A DNA stretch of 56,583 nt from a virus (Duplodnaviria > Caudoviricetes): positions 1 to 56,583 of IMG/VR virus record IMGVR_UViG_3300036790_000306. One strand, given 5' to 3'. Made by a program: the position numbers and the translations under genes. Positions 9,572-20,900 of the stretch are shown piece by piece. Each line of letters opens with the position of its first letter. The first letter of the stretch is position 1. The notes below the pieces were generated by a model that did not search any database, was not told where the DNA came from, and worked only from the letters and a program-made list of their open reading frames with translations.

Positions 9572-10927
9572 ATGAAGAACAACATCAACGCTCTGCGGCA
9601 GAGAAAGATCGATGCCGCAAACAAAGCGAATGCCATTCTCGCGAGCGCCGCGACGGGCCTGACGGATGAGCAGCGCACGCAACTCACCGCCATCAAGACC
9701 GAACTCGCGCAGATCGAGGCGGACATTCAACTCACCGAATCTTTCCTGCAGGACGAACTCGATCCCGCCGCTCCTCTGGCCGTCACCCACAAACAGGCTG
9801 GCAATAGCAAGATCCACGCGAAGCTTTCGGATCAGATGCTTGCCTCCGGCATGAAGCCCACCCAGAAGAGCGATTCCCTGGCTCCATTCGCTTCGCTCGC
9901 CGAACAACTGCGCGCGGTCTTCAATGCCGGACGCAGTAGCGGAGCAAACATCGATGCGCGCTTGCTCGAAGTTCAGGCCGCTCTCGGTGGCAACGAATCC
10001 GTGCCGGCCGAGGGCGGTTTCCTCGTCATTCCGGAATTCGCCCAGGGGCTGATCAAGCGCACCTACGATGTTGCTCTCATCTCGAGCAAATGCTTCAAGA
10101 TGCCGATGGCATCGAGCCGCCTGGTTATGCATGCGGTCGACGAAGACAGCCGTAAGGACGGCAGCCGGTGGGGCGGAATTCTGGCCTACTTTCTGTCTGA
10201 AGCTGGCACTTACACTCCCACCAAGCCGAAATTCCGCGAGATGCAATTCGTCGCCAACAAGCTGATTGCCCTCAGCTATGCGACCGAAGAGCAACTCGCC
10301 GACGGCCCGGCGTGGGAATCCTATGTGAACGAAGCGGTTCCACAGGAATTGGCCTTCCAGATTGACACGGCCGTCTATAGCGGTCCAGGCGCCGGCGCTC
10401 CGCTTGGCATTCAGAATAGCGGCGCGGTCGTAGTCGTCCCTAAGACTGCCGGCCAAGCCGCCGCCACAATTACGACCGCCAACATCATCCAGATGTGGTC
10501 GCAGATGTGGGCACGCAGCCGAGCCAGTGCGTGTTGGTTCATCAACCAGGACATCGAGCCGCAGCTCATCCCGTTGACCCTGGGCTCACCGTCCCTGGCG
10601 CAGATTCTGCTTTACACCGCGCCGGGAATCAACGGCAACCCCGGACCATACGGCAAGTTGTTCGGCCGCGATGTGATCCCGGTCGAACAGGCGTCGACGC
10701 TCGGAACGCAGGGCGACATCATGCTGGCCGATATGACGCAGTACATCCTGGCGCAGCGTGCCGACGTTCGGGCCGATACTTCGATCCACGTGGCCTTCCT
10801 GACAGGCGAGCAGGCTTTCCGCTTCATGCTCCGCCTCGACGGTCAGCCGACCTGGAAGAAGCCTTTGACCCCGTATCAGGGCTTCGCGGTCAAATCTCCA
10901 TTCGTCACCCTGGCGACGCGCAGCTAA
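9572..10927 (+). CDS. HK97-fold major capsid protein
   Basis: Coiled-coil delta domain, EGGFLVIPEF, G.G...PLGI, AFRFMLRLDGQP. Confidence 0.95.
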   Translation: MKNNINALRQRKIDAANKANAILASAATGLTDEQRTQLTAIKTELAQIEADIQLTESFLQDELDPAAPLAVTHKQAGNSKIHAKLSDQMLASGMKPTQKSDSLAPFASLAEQLRAVFNAGRSSGANIDARLLEVQAALGGNESVPAEGGFLVIPEFAQGLIKRTYDVALISSKCFKMPMASSRLVMHAVDEDSRKDGSRWGGILAYFLSEAGTYTPTKPKFREMQFVANKLIALSYATEEQLADGPAWESYVNEAVPQELAFQIDTAVYSGPGAGAPLGIQNSGAVVVVPKTAGQAAATITTANIIQMWSQMWARSRASACWFINQDIEPQLIPLTLGSPSLAQILLYTAPGINGNPGPYGKLFGRDVIPVEQASTLGTQGDIMLADMTQYILAQRADVRADTSIHVAFLTGEQAFRFMLRLDGQPTWKKPLTPYQGFAVKSPFVTLATRS

Positions 10928-11003
10928 GTAAAGCTGAGCGGAATTTTGGGTCTAGGTTCGTCATCTCAATTCTGACCTGAGAGGTCAGGGGAAGGTTTTT
11001 TCA

Positions 11004-11492
11004 ATGAGTGCAAAAGGAATTTACGTAGCGCAAGAGTGTCACGTTGTGAATCTCATTCCGCCAGTTAGTCTGAGCGCCACAACTACCACCACGCAGTTCA
11101 GCATGAAAGGATGGAGGCACGCCAGCATCATCCTTCAATTCGGAGTCACCGGGACGCCTCCGGGTGTCACGCTGAACACGTCCGACAACGGGTCACCCGC
11201 AAACACCACCAGCGGTATTCCGTTCAACCTGCATAAATGCGAGACCGCCTATCTCTCCACAGGTGGCGATGTGCTCGGCCCTCGCGTTGCCGAATCCGCG
11301 TCCGGTTTCACGGCCTCGGCTACGGACAACATCTTTTACGTGATCGAACTGGATGCCGACACGCTGCCGGCAGGACAGGATTACGTCGACGTCGTATTAA
11401 CCAGCCCGACAACCTGCCTTACCAGCGCGGTCGTCGTCCTGTCGGCTGGACGATTCGAACACGATCAGAGCGAAACCGTTCTGACGTTCTAG
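11004..11492 (+). CDS. Putative capsid decoration/accessory protein
   Basis: Beta-rich 162 aa directly after MCP. Confidence 0.55.
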   Translation: MSAKGIYVAQECHVVNLIPPVSLSATTTTTQFSMKGWRHASIILQFGVTGTPPGVTLNTSDNGSPANTTSGIPFNLHKCETAYLSTGGDVLGPRVAESASGFTASATDNIFYVIELDADTLPAGQDYVDVVLTSPTTCLTSAVVVLSAGRFEHDQSETVLTF

Positions 11493-11636
11493 CCACCAGG
11501 CGACTGCTGGAGGCTAGGGCAAACGAAGACCAGAAAGAACCTGTTCTGGTCTAACAGGCCCGTCAAACGAAGGGGCGGCTCACTCGAGTCCGAGCAATGA
11601 TCCGCCCCCTCGTTTTTCTCTCTCATAGGAGTTTTC

Positions 11637-11846
11637 ATGCTAGTGCGTCTAAACATCGGTCGAAAGGCCGGCGAAGTTCAGGACATCGAACCCTCAGCTG
11701 CGCGCCGGATGATCGCCGACGGCCGCGCGAGCGAAGTCGTCTACGAAAGCGGCGAAAGCAAGCCCGAAGGGGTTGCGCAGCTCGCACATCAAACGGCCGC
11801 TGAACCGTCTGCTGAACCTCAATCCACCGCCAAGAAGAAACGTTAA
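11637..11846 (+). CDS. Small head-associated hypothetical protein
   Basis: AGGAG SD; GEV.DIE...ARRMIADG.A motif. Confidence 0.65.
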   Translation: MLVRLNIGRKAGEVQDIEPSAARRMIADGRASEVVYESGESKPEGVAQLAHQTAAEPSAEPQSTAKKKR

Positions 11847-11862
11847 GCGCTCTAAAACCACT

Positions 11863-12537
11863 ATGGACGATGTAGTTCTCATCACGCCGCCGGCTTTCGA
11901 GCCGATCACCCTCACTCAGCTGAAGAGCCACGCGAAAGTCTTCACCACCGCGGACGACTCCTATATTTCCACGGTGATCATTCCGGCATCGCGCCAGGCG
12001 GTCGAAGATGAACTGAACCGGGCCCTCATCACGCAGACATGGCTCTTGAAGCGCGATGGATTTCCCGGCTTCGATCCGAAATATGACACGCAGGGCTATC
12101 CCACGATCGTGATTCCGAAACCGCCATTTCAGGCGATCGGGTTCTTCACGTATGTGGACGTTGCCGGCGTCACGCAAACGTTGCAGCAATGCAATCCCGA
12201 TGGCACTACGCCAGGCGACCAGTATTATGGCTACCAAATCGACCCAGGAAGCGAGACCCAACCGGCGCGCCTAATTCCGCCCTGGGCGCGGCCGTGGCCT
12301 CCTTCGCGGCGTCTCCCAATGAGCGTGCAGGTCCAGTTCTCTTGCGGCTATGGGCCGTCGGCCGATTCACCGCCCGTTTGGATCTCGGGCTCCATGCCCC
12401 CGGTCTTCATCCAGGCAATTCTGATGCAGGGGGCCCATCTCTATTACAACCGAGAAGCTGTCGTCGACAACGGCGGGAAAGAACTGGCGAGAGGCATCTC
12501 GTCGCTCCTGAGCCGATACGTGAACCACATCGCATGA
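11863..12537 (+). CDS. Head-tail connector/adaptor (gp6/gp15-like, phiE125 gp8 type)
   Basis: EPITL.QLKSH, DD.YI, RALITQTW, QAILM..AHLYYNRE. Confidence 0.9.
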   Translation: MDDVVLITPPAFEPITLTQLKSHAKVFTTADDSYISTVIIPASRQAVEDELNRALITQTWLLKRDGFPGFDPKYDTQGYPTIVIPKPPFQAIGFFTYVDVAGVTQTLQQCNPDGTTPGDQYYGYQIDPGSETQPARLIPPWARPWPPSRRLPMSVQVQFSCGYGPSADSPPVWISGSMPPVFIQAILMQGAHLYYNREAVVDNGGKELARGISSLLSRYVNHIA

Positions 12538-13262
12538 TGCCTAACTGGAAACCTCGCTGGGGCGCGAATTTGCCTGACTACATTCCCCTGGTCTCGGCCG
12601 TGTGCGTCACCGCGGACCGGCGCGAGTTCCTTCGTGCCGCAATTGATTGCTATCTCGCGCAGGACTACCCGCACAAGGAATTGGTCGTCGTCGACGACGG
12701 GAAAGATCGAGTCGGCGACTTATTGCTCGGCATCCCCGGCTGTACGTACTTTGAGGGGCCGACAGACGGCCCGAGAGAAAAGATCGGCGTGAAGCGCAAT
12801 ATTGGCGCCGGCCTAGCCACTGGAAAGATCATCTGCCATTGGGACGATGATGACTGGTCAGCTCCCGGCCGCATGCGCGACCAGGTCGAGCGAATGCTCG
12901 CGTCTGGAAAAGAAGTGAGCGGGTATAACGCGATGATCTTTTGGGATGGCGAGCAGGCTTTCCGCTATCAGGGAATCCAGGATTATTCGCTAGGCTCGGC
13001 TCTATGCTACCGCAAAGAGTTCTGGGAGCAGCACCGCTTCATCGCGGAAGATCATCGGCGCTGGGAAGACAACGTGTTCGTGCAGCAGGCGCGAAACGAC
13101 GATCAGATTATTTGTGTGGACGCCGGCAAGTTGATGGTCGCACGGATTCACGCCGGCAACACCGCTCCCAAGAAACCGCGCGAAAGCCCGCAACAGTGGC
13201 AGCCAGTGGATCGAAGCGAGATCCCAGAGTCGTTCTTCGCTACGGAGGCTTTGTGTCGGTGA
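12534..13262 (+). CDS. Glycosyltransferase family 2
   Basis: QDYP.KELVVVDDG, IG.KRN, HWDDDDW. Confidence 0.92.
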   Translation: MMPNWKPRWGANLPDYIPLVSAVCVTADRREFLRAAIDCYLAQDYPHKELVVVDDGKDRVGDLLLGIPGCTYFEGPTDGPREKIGVKRNIGAGLATGKIICHWDDDDWSAPGRMRDQVERMLASGKEVSGYNAMIFWDGEQAFRYQGIQDYSLGSALCYRKEFWEQHRFIAEDHRRWEDNVFVQQARNDDQIICVDAGKLMVARIHAGNTAPKKPRESPQQWQPVDRSEIPESFFATEALCR

Positions 13263-13675
13263 AGATGTTCTACTTCGGGCCGTGGGATGAAGCGGGCCAT
13301 TACCTATTCGACGAACAAGGCTATGGCGTCCGAACGAAAGACCGCGGGGCATTCCCATGGGATGAGTACAGCGGAGAGTCGGGCATAGACGGAGTGTTGC
13401 AGCCGGGATGCTTCCGAAAATTTGACCGCTGGATGCACGGGGATCAACTGGAAGGCCAAGCACTGCTCCATCACAGGTCTGGATGGACGGCGCTCTCATT
13501 CTGGGATCGCAGCGTAGACAAGCGCGGGAACTGCAACAGCACCTATTTCGCGGAAGGCACCTTTACCTTCGACGAGATGGTAGCGATGGCGAAAGAACGA
13601 TTCGCCTATCGCTGGAACAAGATGCCATTTCAAGTTGTAAATGTCACGCCGGCCGCTGTCGCCGCCACCCTATGA
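13259..13675 (+). CDS. Hypothetical protein within glycosylation cluster
   Basis: Coupled ORF; GWTALSFWDRSVDKRGNCNS. Confidence 0.7.
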   Translation: MKMFYFGPWDEAGHYLFDEQGYGVRTKDRGAFPWDEYSGESGIDGVLQPGCFRKFDRWMHGDQLEGQALLHHRSGWTALSFWDRSVDKRGNCNSTYFAEGTFTFDEMVAMAKERFAYRWNKMPFQVVNVTPAAVAATL

Positions 13676-14127
13676 AGCTCAACCTCGGTTGTTCGGATCG
13701 CCACTTCCCCGGCTACACGAATGTCGATGTCTGCGCGCCGGCGGATGTGCTTGCAGATCTGAATGCGACGTGGCCCTGGGAGAATTCGATTGTCGACGAG
13801 ATCCGCGCTTGGGATCTCATCGAGCACCTGCGCTCGCCAATTAATACGATGAATGAGGCCTGGCGCGTGCTCAAGCCTGGCGGCATCTTCGACATCGAAG
13901 TGCCGACAACGGACGGCCGCGGCTGGGCGCAGGATCCCGGCCACATCTGCTGGCCACCGTGGAATCGAAACAGCTTCTTCTACTACGAACACGACAATCC
14001 GCACCTGACGCGCTTTGCACCGGCGAACGGCGTCCGTTGTGCTTTCCGGATTGTCAAGGAAGACGAAAGGATGCTCGCGGACCGAGTTAGTAAGTTGCGC
14101 ATCATCCTTGAAGCGGTGAAGGCGTGA
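13672..14127 (+). CDS. Class I SAM-dependent methyltransferase (Methyltransf_11-like)
   Basis: KLNLGC, D.IEHL, RVLKPGG, DP.H. Confidence 0.9.
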   Translation: MKLNLGCSDRHFPGYTNVDVCAPADVLADLNATWPWENSIVDEIRAWDLIEHLRSPINTMNEAWRVLKPGGIFDIEVPTTDGRGWAQDPGHICWPPWNRNSFFYYEHDNPHLTRFAPANGVRCAFRIVKEDERMLADRVSKLRIILEAVKA

Positions 14128-14284
14128 TCGGCTATCGGAACAGGCCTTCATTCGACATGGCTCTGCTCAAAGGCGCGGTGCTGGAGATCGAGCAGCCACC
14201 TCGAGATATCTGCTGCAAGATCGGTTATTTCGCTGGGGTGATCTATCCAACCCGGCCGTGGCCCGATCCTCCGAGTCTCAAATC

Positions 14285-14941
14285 ATGAGCTTCTCCGTCA
14301 TCATCCCATCGCGCAGCGCAGCGAACCTGGTGCCTTGCGTCCAGGCGCTGCGGAATTGTGAGCCAGTGACTCCGATCATCGTGATCGACGACGGAATCGA
14401 CTGGAGCGCAGCCTGGCACCTGAAATCGCAGCTTACGGTCATTCCCGGAGTAAAGCCGTTCGTTTTCGCCCGCAACGTCAACCTCGGCATTCGGGCCTGC
14501 TGGGGCGACGTGATCCTGCTCAACGATGACGCGCTCCTCGAAACTCCCTACGGCTTTCACGAGTTGGAGCAAGCGAGCCGTGCGCATCCGGAATTCGGCG
14601 TGATCTCGGCAGTCACGAATCTAGCCGGCAATCTCGCGCAGAGACCGCAAGATGTCGGGCTGCGACTCGAACAGCGCAGCGTGGCCTTCGTGTGTGTCTA
14701 TATCCCGCGCGGCACACTGAATCGCGTCGGTCTGCTGGATGAGCGCTTCACGGCCTATGGCTGGGAAGACAACGACTACTGCCGCCGCGTACGCGAAGCA
14801 AGTCTCGAGGTCGGCATCTTCGACGACTGTTTTGTCGATCACGCTTCGCTTCATTCGACCTTTCGCGGGCTGCCTCATACGCCGGGCGATATCAGCCTCG
14901 GGCGCGAGATTTACCGGAATAAATGGGGGGATACGGCATGA
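14285..14941 (+). CDS. Glycosyltransferase family 2
   Basis: SVIIPS, VIDDG, LLNDDA, LDERF..YGWEDNDYC. Confidence 0.92.
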   Translation: MSFSVIIPSRSAANLVPCVQALRNCEPVTPIIVIDDGIDWSAAWHLKSQLTVIPGVKPFVFARNVNLGIRACWGDVILLNDDALLETPYGFHELEQASRAHPEFGVISAVTNLAGNLAQRPQDVGLRLEQRSVAFVCVYIPRGTLNRVGLLDERFTAYGWEDNDYCRRVREASLEVGIFDDCFVDHASLHSTFRGLPHTPGDISLGREIYRNKWGDTA

Positions 14942-15681
14942 TCGCGGTCTACACCGTTATCGTCGCGAACTACGACAACCTGGCAACCCTTCCGGTCCAG
15001 GCGATCGCGCCCAGCGTACGCTATGTGTGTTTCTCCGATCGCCCGCGGCAAGTGAGACCATGGGAAATCCAGCCTTTTCCGCAGCTTCTCGCGAACCCGC
15101 ACCGCATGTCGCGGATCCCGAAGATGCTGCCACATCTTTTGCTTCCCGAGGCAGAAATCTCCGTCTACCTGGACGGCGCCTTCACTCTTTGCGCCCCTCC
15201 AAAGCAGATGGTCGCTGAACTTTTAGGCGATGCCGACGTAGCCCTTTTTCGACACCCTACGAATCACAGCATTCACGACGAGCGGAACTTCTACCAGAAT
15301 CTGCACGGTTACGTGCCGGACGATGTTGAAGCTGAATACCGGAAATATTGCGCTCTCGAGATCCCGATCAGCGGAGAGTTTTGGGCCGGAGGCTTTATCC
15401 TGCGACGCCACAACGCGAAGGTCGAAAAGTTCAACGAGCTGTGGATGCACGCGTTTCTGAGCGGTTCGAACAATGACCAATTTTCTCTCTACTACGCGCT
15501 GAGCACGATGATTCGCGAAGAAGGGCTGAAAGTGCACGGGCTTCCCGGCTATTACAGCGCCCAGGGCCGGCTGGGCTACCACTTCCATGCGAATGCCGGC
15601 GATCCCGGCAATCAGGTGCTCGTCTCCGAGAATTGCAACTGGAAAGAACGTACCGACCGTATCCATCAAATCTGTGAATAG
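14938..15681 (+). CDS. DUF616/TOD1-like glycosyltransferase
   Basis: VYTVIVANYD.L, CFSD, KMLPH, YLDG, HP, NDQFS. Confidence 0.85.
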   Translation: MIAVYTVIVANYDNLATLPVQAIAPSVRYVCFSDRPRQVRPWEIQPFPQLLANPHRMSRIPKMLPHLLLPEAEISVYLDGAFTLCAPPKQMVAELLGDADVALFRHPTNHSIHDERNFYQNLHGYVPDDVEAEYRKYCALEIPISGEFWAGGFILRRHNAKVEKFNELWMHAFLSGSNNDQFSLYYALSTMIREEGLKVHGLPGYYSAQGRLGYHFHANAGDPGNQVLVSENCNWKERTDRIHQICE

Positions 15682-16861
15682 CTTCGACTTTTACGATACG
15701 TTGGTGGCCCGTCGCAGCATCGTCGACTGCCACTACTCGATCGACGACGAACTCAGCAATCTTATCCCCGTGCGCGAAATGATTTCCGAAGTCGCTCCCG
15801 AAGACATGGTGATTTCCGATTTCGGTGATCCGGATACTGTGCGCCGCGGCCTGCGTGAAGTGTGTGGCTTGAACAATCCATGCCACGTGTCGCCGGAAGA
15901 CAAATTCACGGGACGCGCCTGGCAGCTGTACCGTCCACTGCTGCACACCGGAGACAACCCGCACTCCGATCGGGAGACCGCTGCACGGGCTGGGATTAAG
16001 TCGAGGCTCGTGAACCATGCGCAGGTTTCGCCAATCGAGAAACATTTGATCGACTCCGGATTTGAAGCGCTCGGAAAGCTTATACGCGAAGCGAGGCTTT
16101 CGAGCTTCGACTCTTCGAATCGCGATCTCCAGTTGTGCCAGATCCAACTGAATTTTCCGTTTCTCTTTCTGGCGTCGATGCTGCTCGATCGGCTCATGGC
16201 CGCAGGGAAATACACGGATGCGCTCATGTCAAGCCGCGATTGCTGCCTGTGGGGCGACTTGCAAAAGCGCGTCGCCGAACTCGGTGGGCGTTCTTATCGC
16301 ACCCATTATTTCTATACCAGCCGCAAAGCCCGTACCGAACCAAGCGCAGCGTATCTGGAATATGTAAATGGCATTCTCAGCGGCGGAGGCGCTGTGGTCG
16401 TCGATCTGTGCGGGTATGGCCACTCATTGCCGGAACTACTCGATCGAACTACTGAACCGGACGCCCCCGTGTGTCTGGCGGTCCGATATCCGCATCCGAA
16501 GCGCAGTCGCGCGCAATATTTTGTGGCCTTTGGGGACAGCTTGATCGAGCGACTGAATGTGGCCCGGCATCCCCGCATTGTCGACGTCGCCCGGTCCGAG
16601 GGGACATGGGCGCCGTGCTACTCGAACCCTCTCAGCATCGACTGGGTCGGATCTGCACGAATTCAGGCCGCACATGAGGCTTTCCAACACACCCTTGCCT
16701 GCACGAATCGCTACGAGGGCGAGTTGCTCGGTCTACTTTCAGGCGCTAGCGACTCGGCCATCAAAAAGACGATGGGCTACTTGCTATCCAGCATGGAAGA
16801 GCGGCGAGCCCAGATATTGACTGAAGATTTTGTCCACCAGGAGAGCATAGCCGGATGCTGA
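15674..16861 (+). CDS. HAD-like hydrolase of the type found in glycan loci
   Basis: SFDFYDTLVARR, ISD, HTGDNPHSD, SRD, VVDL.GYG.S. Confidence 0.75.
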   Translation: MNSFDFYDTLVARRSIVDCHYSIDDELSNLIPVREMISEVAPEDMVISDFGDPDTVRRGLREVCGLNNPCHVSPEDKFTGRAWQLYRPLLHTGDNPHSDRETAARAGIKSRLVNHAQVSPIEKHLIDSGFEALGKLIREARLSSFDSSNRDLQLCQIQLNFPFLFLASMLLDRLMAAGKYTDALMSSRDCCLWGDLQKRVAELGGRSYRTHYFYTSRKARTEPSAAYLEYVNGILSGGGAVVVDLCGYGHSLPELLDRTTEPDAPVCLAVRYPHPKRSRAQYFVAFGDSLIERLNVARHPRIVDVARSEGTWAPCYSNPLSIDWVGSARIQAAHEAFQHTLACTNRYEGELLGLLSGASDSAIKKTMGYLLSSMEERRAQILTEDFVHQESIAGC

Positions 16862-17613
16862 TCACTGGCATGATGCGCGTCAAGAACGAAGCGCGGTGGA
16901 TCGCCGACGTTCTGCGCTCGGCCCTAGTCGTTTGCGATCGCGTTTACGTGCTCGACGATCATTCGACAGATGACACAGGAGAAATCTGCCGCAGTTTCGG
17001 AGAACGACTGCGTGTTTACAGCTCGCCCTTCTCGGGCCTCGATGAAGCTCGCGACAAGAATTTTCTGTTGGATGCGATCCGACTGGCTGGTGAGGCTGAC
17101 TGGATATTGGCGATCGATGGCGACGAGGTGCTCGGCAATCCGGGCGCGGTGCGCGCTTCCGTTGCCAGCGGGTCGTCTGACAGCTATGCACTCCGGGTGC
17201 TTTATCTCTGGGATCGGCCCGACCAGGTGCGAGCCGACGGCGTGTATTCGCGTTTCTGGCGGCCGTCATTGTTTCGCGCGCGCGCCGGCGTTAATTTCCG
17301 CGCGACCGCCAACGGCGGTAACTTTCACTGCGGCAATGTCCCGCAGGAACTCGCGAGATCCTCGCAGCGCTCCGATGCCTTCCTTTTGCACTTCGGCTAC
17401 ATGGCCGCGCGCGATCGGCGGCGCAAATTCGACTGGTACAACCGGAACGATCCGAACAATGTCGCCGAAGATCAGTATGTCCACGTGATCCAGGGAGATC
17501 CGGGAGGTCCGCCGGCGCATGTTCGTCTTCGTCACGCTGGACCGCTCACGCTAGCGCCGCTCAACACGTGGGCGCCGGCACAAGCGAATACGGTTCCGAT
17601 GGGAGTGGCCTAA
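16855..17613 (+). CDS. Glycosyltransferase family 2 (Glyco_tranf_2_4-like)
   Basis: RVKNEA, LDDHSTDDT, WILAIDGDE, LLHFGY. Confidence 0.9.
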   Translation: MLITGMMRVKNEARWIADVLRSALVVCDRVYVLDDHSTDDTGEICRSFGERLRVYSSPFSGLDEARDKNFLLDAIRLAGEADWILAIDGDEVLGNPGAVRASVASGSSDSYALRVLYLWDRPDQVRADGVYSRFWRPSLFRARAGVNFRATANGGNFHCGNVPQELARSSQRSDAFLLHFGYMAARDRRRKFDWYNRNDPNNVAEDQYVHVIQGDPGGPPAHVRLRHAGPLTLAPLNTWAPAQANTVPMGVA

Positions 17614-17997
17614 GTGCCTCTTCGCCGGCTTTCGCGGCGCGGCTCCGGCGCGACGGTTGCGATCGGCGGCATGGACAAGCTGATCACCATCGAGACGCGC
17701 ACCGGCACAAATTCTTACGGGCAGTCGGGCGGACCATGGACTGATTTCGCAACCAACCTCTGGGCGAAGATGGATCACGTTTCCGGCTCAGAGATTGTCA
17801 ATCAGACAGAATATTCCGCCGAAGTCACGGATCTGTTCACCACGCCCTACGTTCCCGGAGTAACTCCGAGGATGCGGATCAAGTTCGTGGACATCGACGG
17901 TAAAACGCGCTATTTCGACATTCTCTTTCCCCGGAATGTGGAGGAGCACGGGATGTTCCTTCTTCTTCTGGCCAAAGAAATCTACTCGAACACCTAA
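17614..17997 (+). CDS. Head closure / head-tail joining protein (SPP1 gp16-like)
   Basis: IGGMDKLITIE, W....WA, PGVTPRMRI. Confidence 0.85.
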   Translation: MPLRRLSRRGSGATVAIGGMDKLITIETRTGTNSYGQSGGPWTDFATNLWAKMDHVSGSEIVNQTEYSAEVTDLFTTPYVPGVTPRMRIKFVDIDGKTRYFDILFPRNVEEHGMFLLLLAKEIYSNT

Positions 17998-17998
17998 G

Positions 17999-20900
17999 AT
18001 GCCACTCCGCACCGATCTCGAGATCGTCCAGCTTCCCCTAACACTGCCAGACGTCGGCGGGCTCACTGGGGCGAACACGGTCGTCACCGATCCGGATTTT
18101 GGGGCGCAGATCGTTCGTCTCACGGACGGATCCTCGGGCAATGGCGCTTTTGATTCGATGCAGACGATCGACGACCCATCGGGGCGCCCGATGTGGAACG
18201 TCGACGACACGCTGCTGATCGTGCGCGACACAGGCTCTAATGGATGGCTCTTTCAATTCAATCCGTCGACGATGCAGGGTACGCAGCTCGGCAGCGCGGC
18301 GCCCTACAAGGTAAACGGGCACTATTGTTTTTCGCGAGTGCATGCCGGCGTTCTCTATGTGATGAACGGCAGCGCGCTGACGGCGATGACTTTCGCCATG
18401 GTCGGCGGCGTATGGACCTATCAGAACACGACGACGGTCTGCGACTTCGCGGCGATTCTCCCCGGAGGCTTCACAGTTAACTGGATCAGCGGGCTGACGA
18501 TTTCGGAAGAGGACACGGTATTCGCCGTTGCCTTTTCCCAAGGGAACCAGAACACAGGATTTTACGCGTGCCTATACAAGCCGGGCGCCGGCCTCCGGAT
18601 GATCAACACTCAAACGCTGGCCGTCACAGGCGATTGGGGAATGATCGGCACGGCCACGCTTCAGAATTCTTCGGCGACAGGTTTTTATTTGCACGGTGTG
18701 AACCAGCCGCCGAATCCGAATTACCTCACCCTCTCGCCAGTCGCCGGCGGCGGAGGCCATGGAAGTTTCGTCTGGCAGTCGGACACTCTGACGCTGACGC
18801 AGACGGGCCTCAGTGGTCATCATGGTCTCGGTTTTCTTAGCCTGTACACAGGGAATCCTGGCGGAGGTCAATACGACCAGGCGTTCTACGCGACACCCGC
18901 GGCTCACACCACGGTCATCCCCAAGCAAGCCGGACCACCAGGACTGCCGGCCAATCAAAGCCCGGCGCAAAGCTACACCGGTGATCAGCACAGCGCATTC
19001 TCTCCGATCGATATCGAAGACGAATCCCTGCTCTGGATTACGAACGGTGAGCCGAGTATTTTTCCTTTCACCAGTTGCTGGATGGGCGAGGTCCGCGGCC
19101 TCGATGTCACTGGCGCAATCTCCGGCTCCATGGGAACGGTCTACCGACTTTGCCACACCTTCAACAGTGGCCAGTCAACCGAATACATCGTCACGAACGC
19201 GCAGCTTGGCGTCTCGCGCACCGGAAACTTCATCGCCTTTACGAGCGACTGGGGCGGCGCCGGCACAATCGGCCCTCTCGGATCGACGAGTGGCGCTGCA
19301 TCGGGAACACTCGGCGTCGACGCGCGCGGCGACGTCTTCATTGCGAGAGTTCCGCAAGGATCGCTCGAAGTCTCCAGTCTCAATCTCGCTGACGGCGTTG
19401 TCGCTGATTCATACATGCAGACGCTCGATGCGGATGGCGGCGTTGCACCCTATAGCTGGGCGCTCACCGCGGGCACTCTTCCGGCAGGCCTGAGCCTTTC
19501 ATCTTCCGGATTGATCTCCGGCACTCCGACTTTGATCGGAAGCTCGAGCTTCACGGTCACGGTTACGGATTCCGAAGGAACGCCGGCGACGGCGATCGCG
19601 ACACTTAGCATCACGATCCAGCCGGCGCTCTCGGTGAGCACGTCGGTTCTTCCCGCCGGCACGACGGGCTCGGGGTACAGCCAGGTGCTCGCGGCCGCGG
19701 GTGGAGTTTCACCCTACACATGGTCTATCGCTTCGGGATCTCTGCCGCCAGGCCTTACGCTGGGCCCGGATGGGACGATTTCAGGAACACCGTCGCAGAC
19801 GGGGGCTTTCAGCTTCACCGTCGAAGTCGAGGATTCCGAGCAACCTTCGCCGGACACTGCGACCGGATCGGTCGCGATCACAATCGTGGCTCCGCCGCCG
19901 GCGCCCACAATTTTCGATTCGAACCTGGCTATCCTCGCATGGCTTCAAGCGAGCACCGCCTTGGCAGTTCTGGTGGGCACGAACATCTTCTCGCCAGTTT
20001 TACCGGAAGGCTTTTCGGCGATGGCGAGTGAAGCTCCGGATCCATCGCAACGAGCGGTCGTGGTACGCAGGCGCGGCGGCAGATCGAATCCGGAAGTTCC
20101 GGCCGTGCGCGATCCGAGCTTCGCCATCGAATGCTGGGCCATGGAATCGCCGGATGCCAGCCAGGTCTATGGAGTGATTCGCAACTTGATGCACGGGTCC
20201 ACCAGCATCAATCTGGGCTCGGCCGGTTTCATCATTCTTTCGCTCGAGGAAGTGCCAGAGCAGGACATCATCGATCCGGAAACACATTGGGCCATCTGCT
20301 TCGGCTACTACCACGTCAAGATGCGGGCGCCGGACCCAAGCGCCGTTCCCTATGCGCCGCAGTATTACTCGGGAGCTGGCGCACCCGTCACGCTGCACAA
20401 CGACAGCGATCTTTATTACGACACATCCACCGGGAATCTTTATGAACAGGTTTCCAGGGCTTGGCAACTCGTGGGCAACATTCCCCAGGGGACGGGCGGC
20501 GGAGGCAGCATCGTGCGATACGACAATCAGGATATTGGCGGCCTCACCCCGACTGGTAATCCCAACGTCTGGCAGTTGAGCGTGGCCTTCACTGCCAACG
20601 CGATGGTATTCCGCAATCAGGGCCTGCTGGCTCCCACGCTCGACTATTCAACCGCGGGCAACCTGATCACCTATGTGGTCACGCCAGCCAGCGACGATGT
20701 TCTCGCGGTCGTCACTGTTGTTTCTGGAAGCGGGGGAGGATCTGACATGCCGAGCATTAAATACCATCGCGTCGCAACCAGCGGCCTGAATACCGCGGTC
20801 ATCAAGGCATCTGCCGGCCTGATTACCGGCGGCACGATCACAAACGATACCGAGTACGAAATCTTTGTGAAGATCTATGACAGCGCGACCGCGCCGAATG

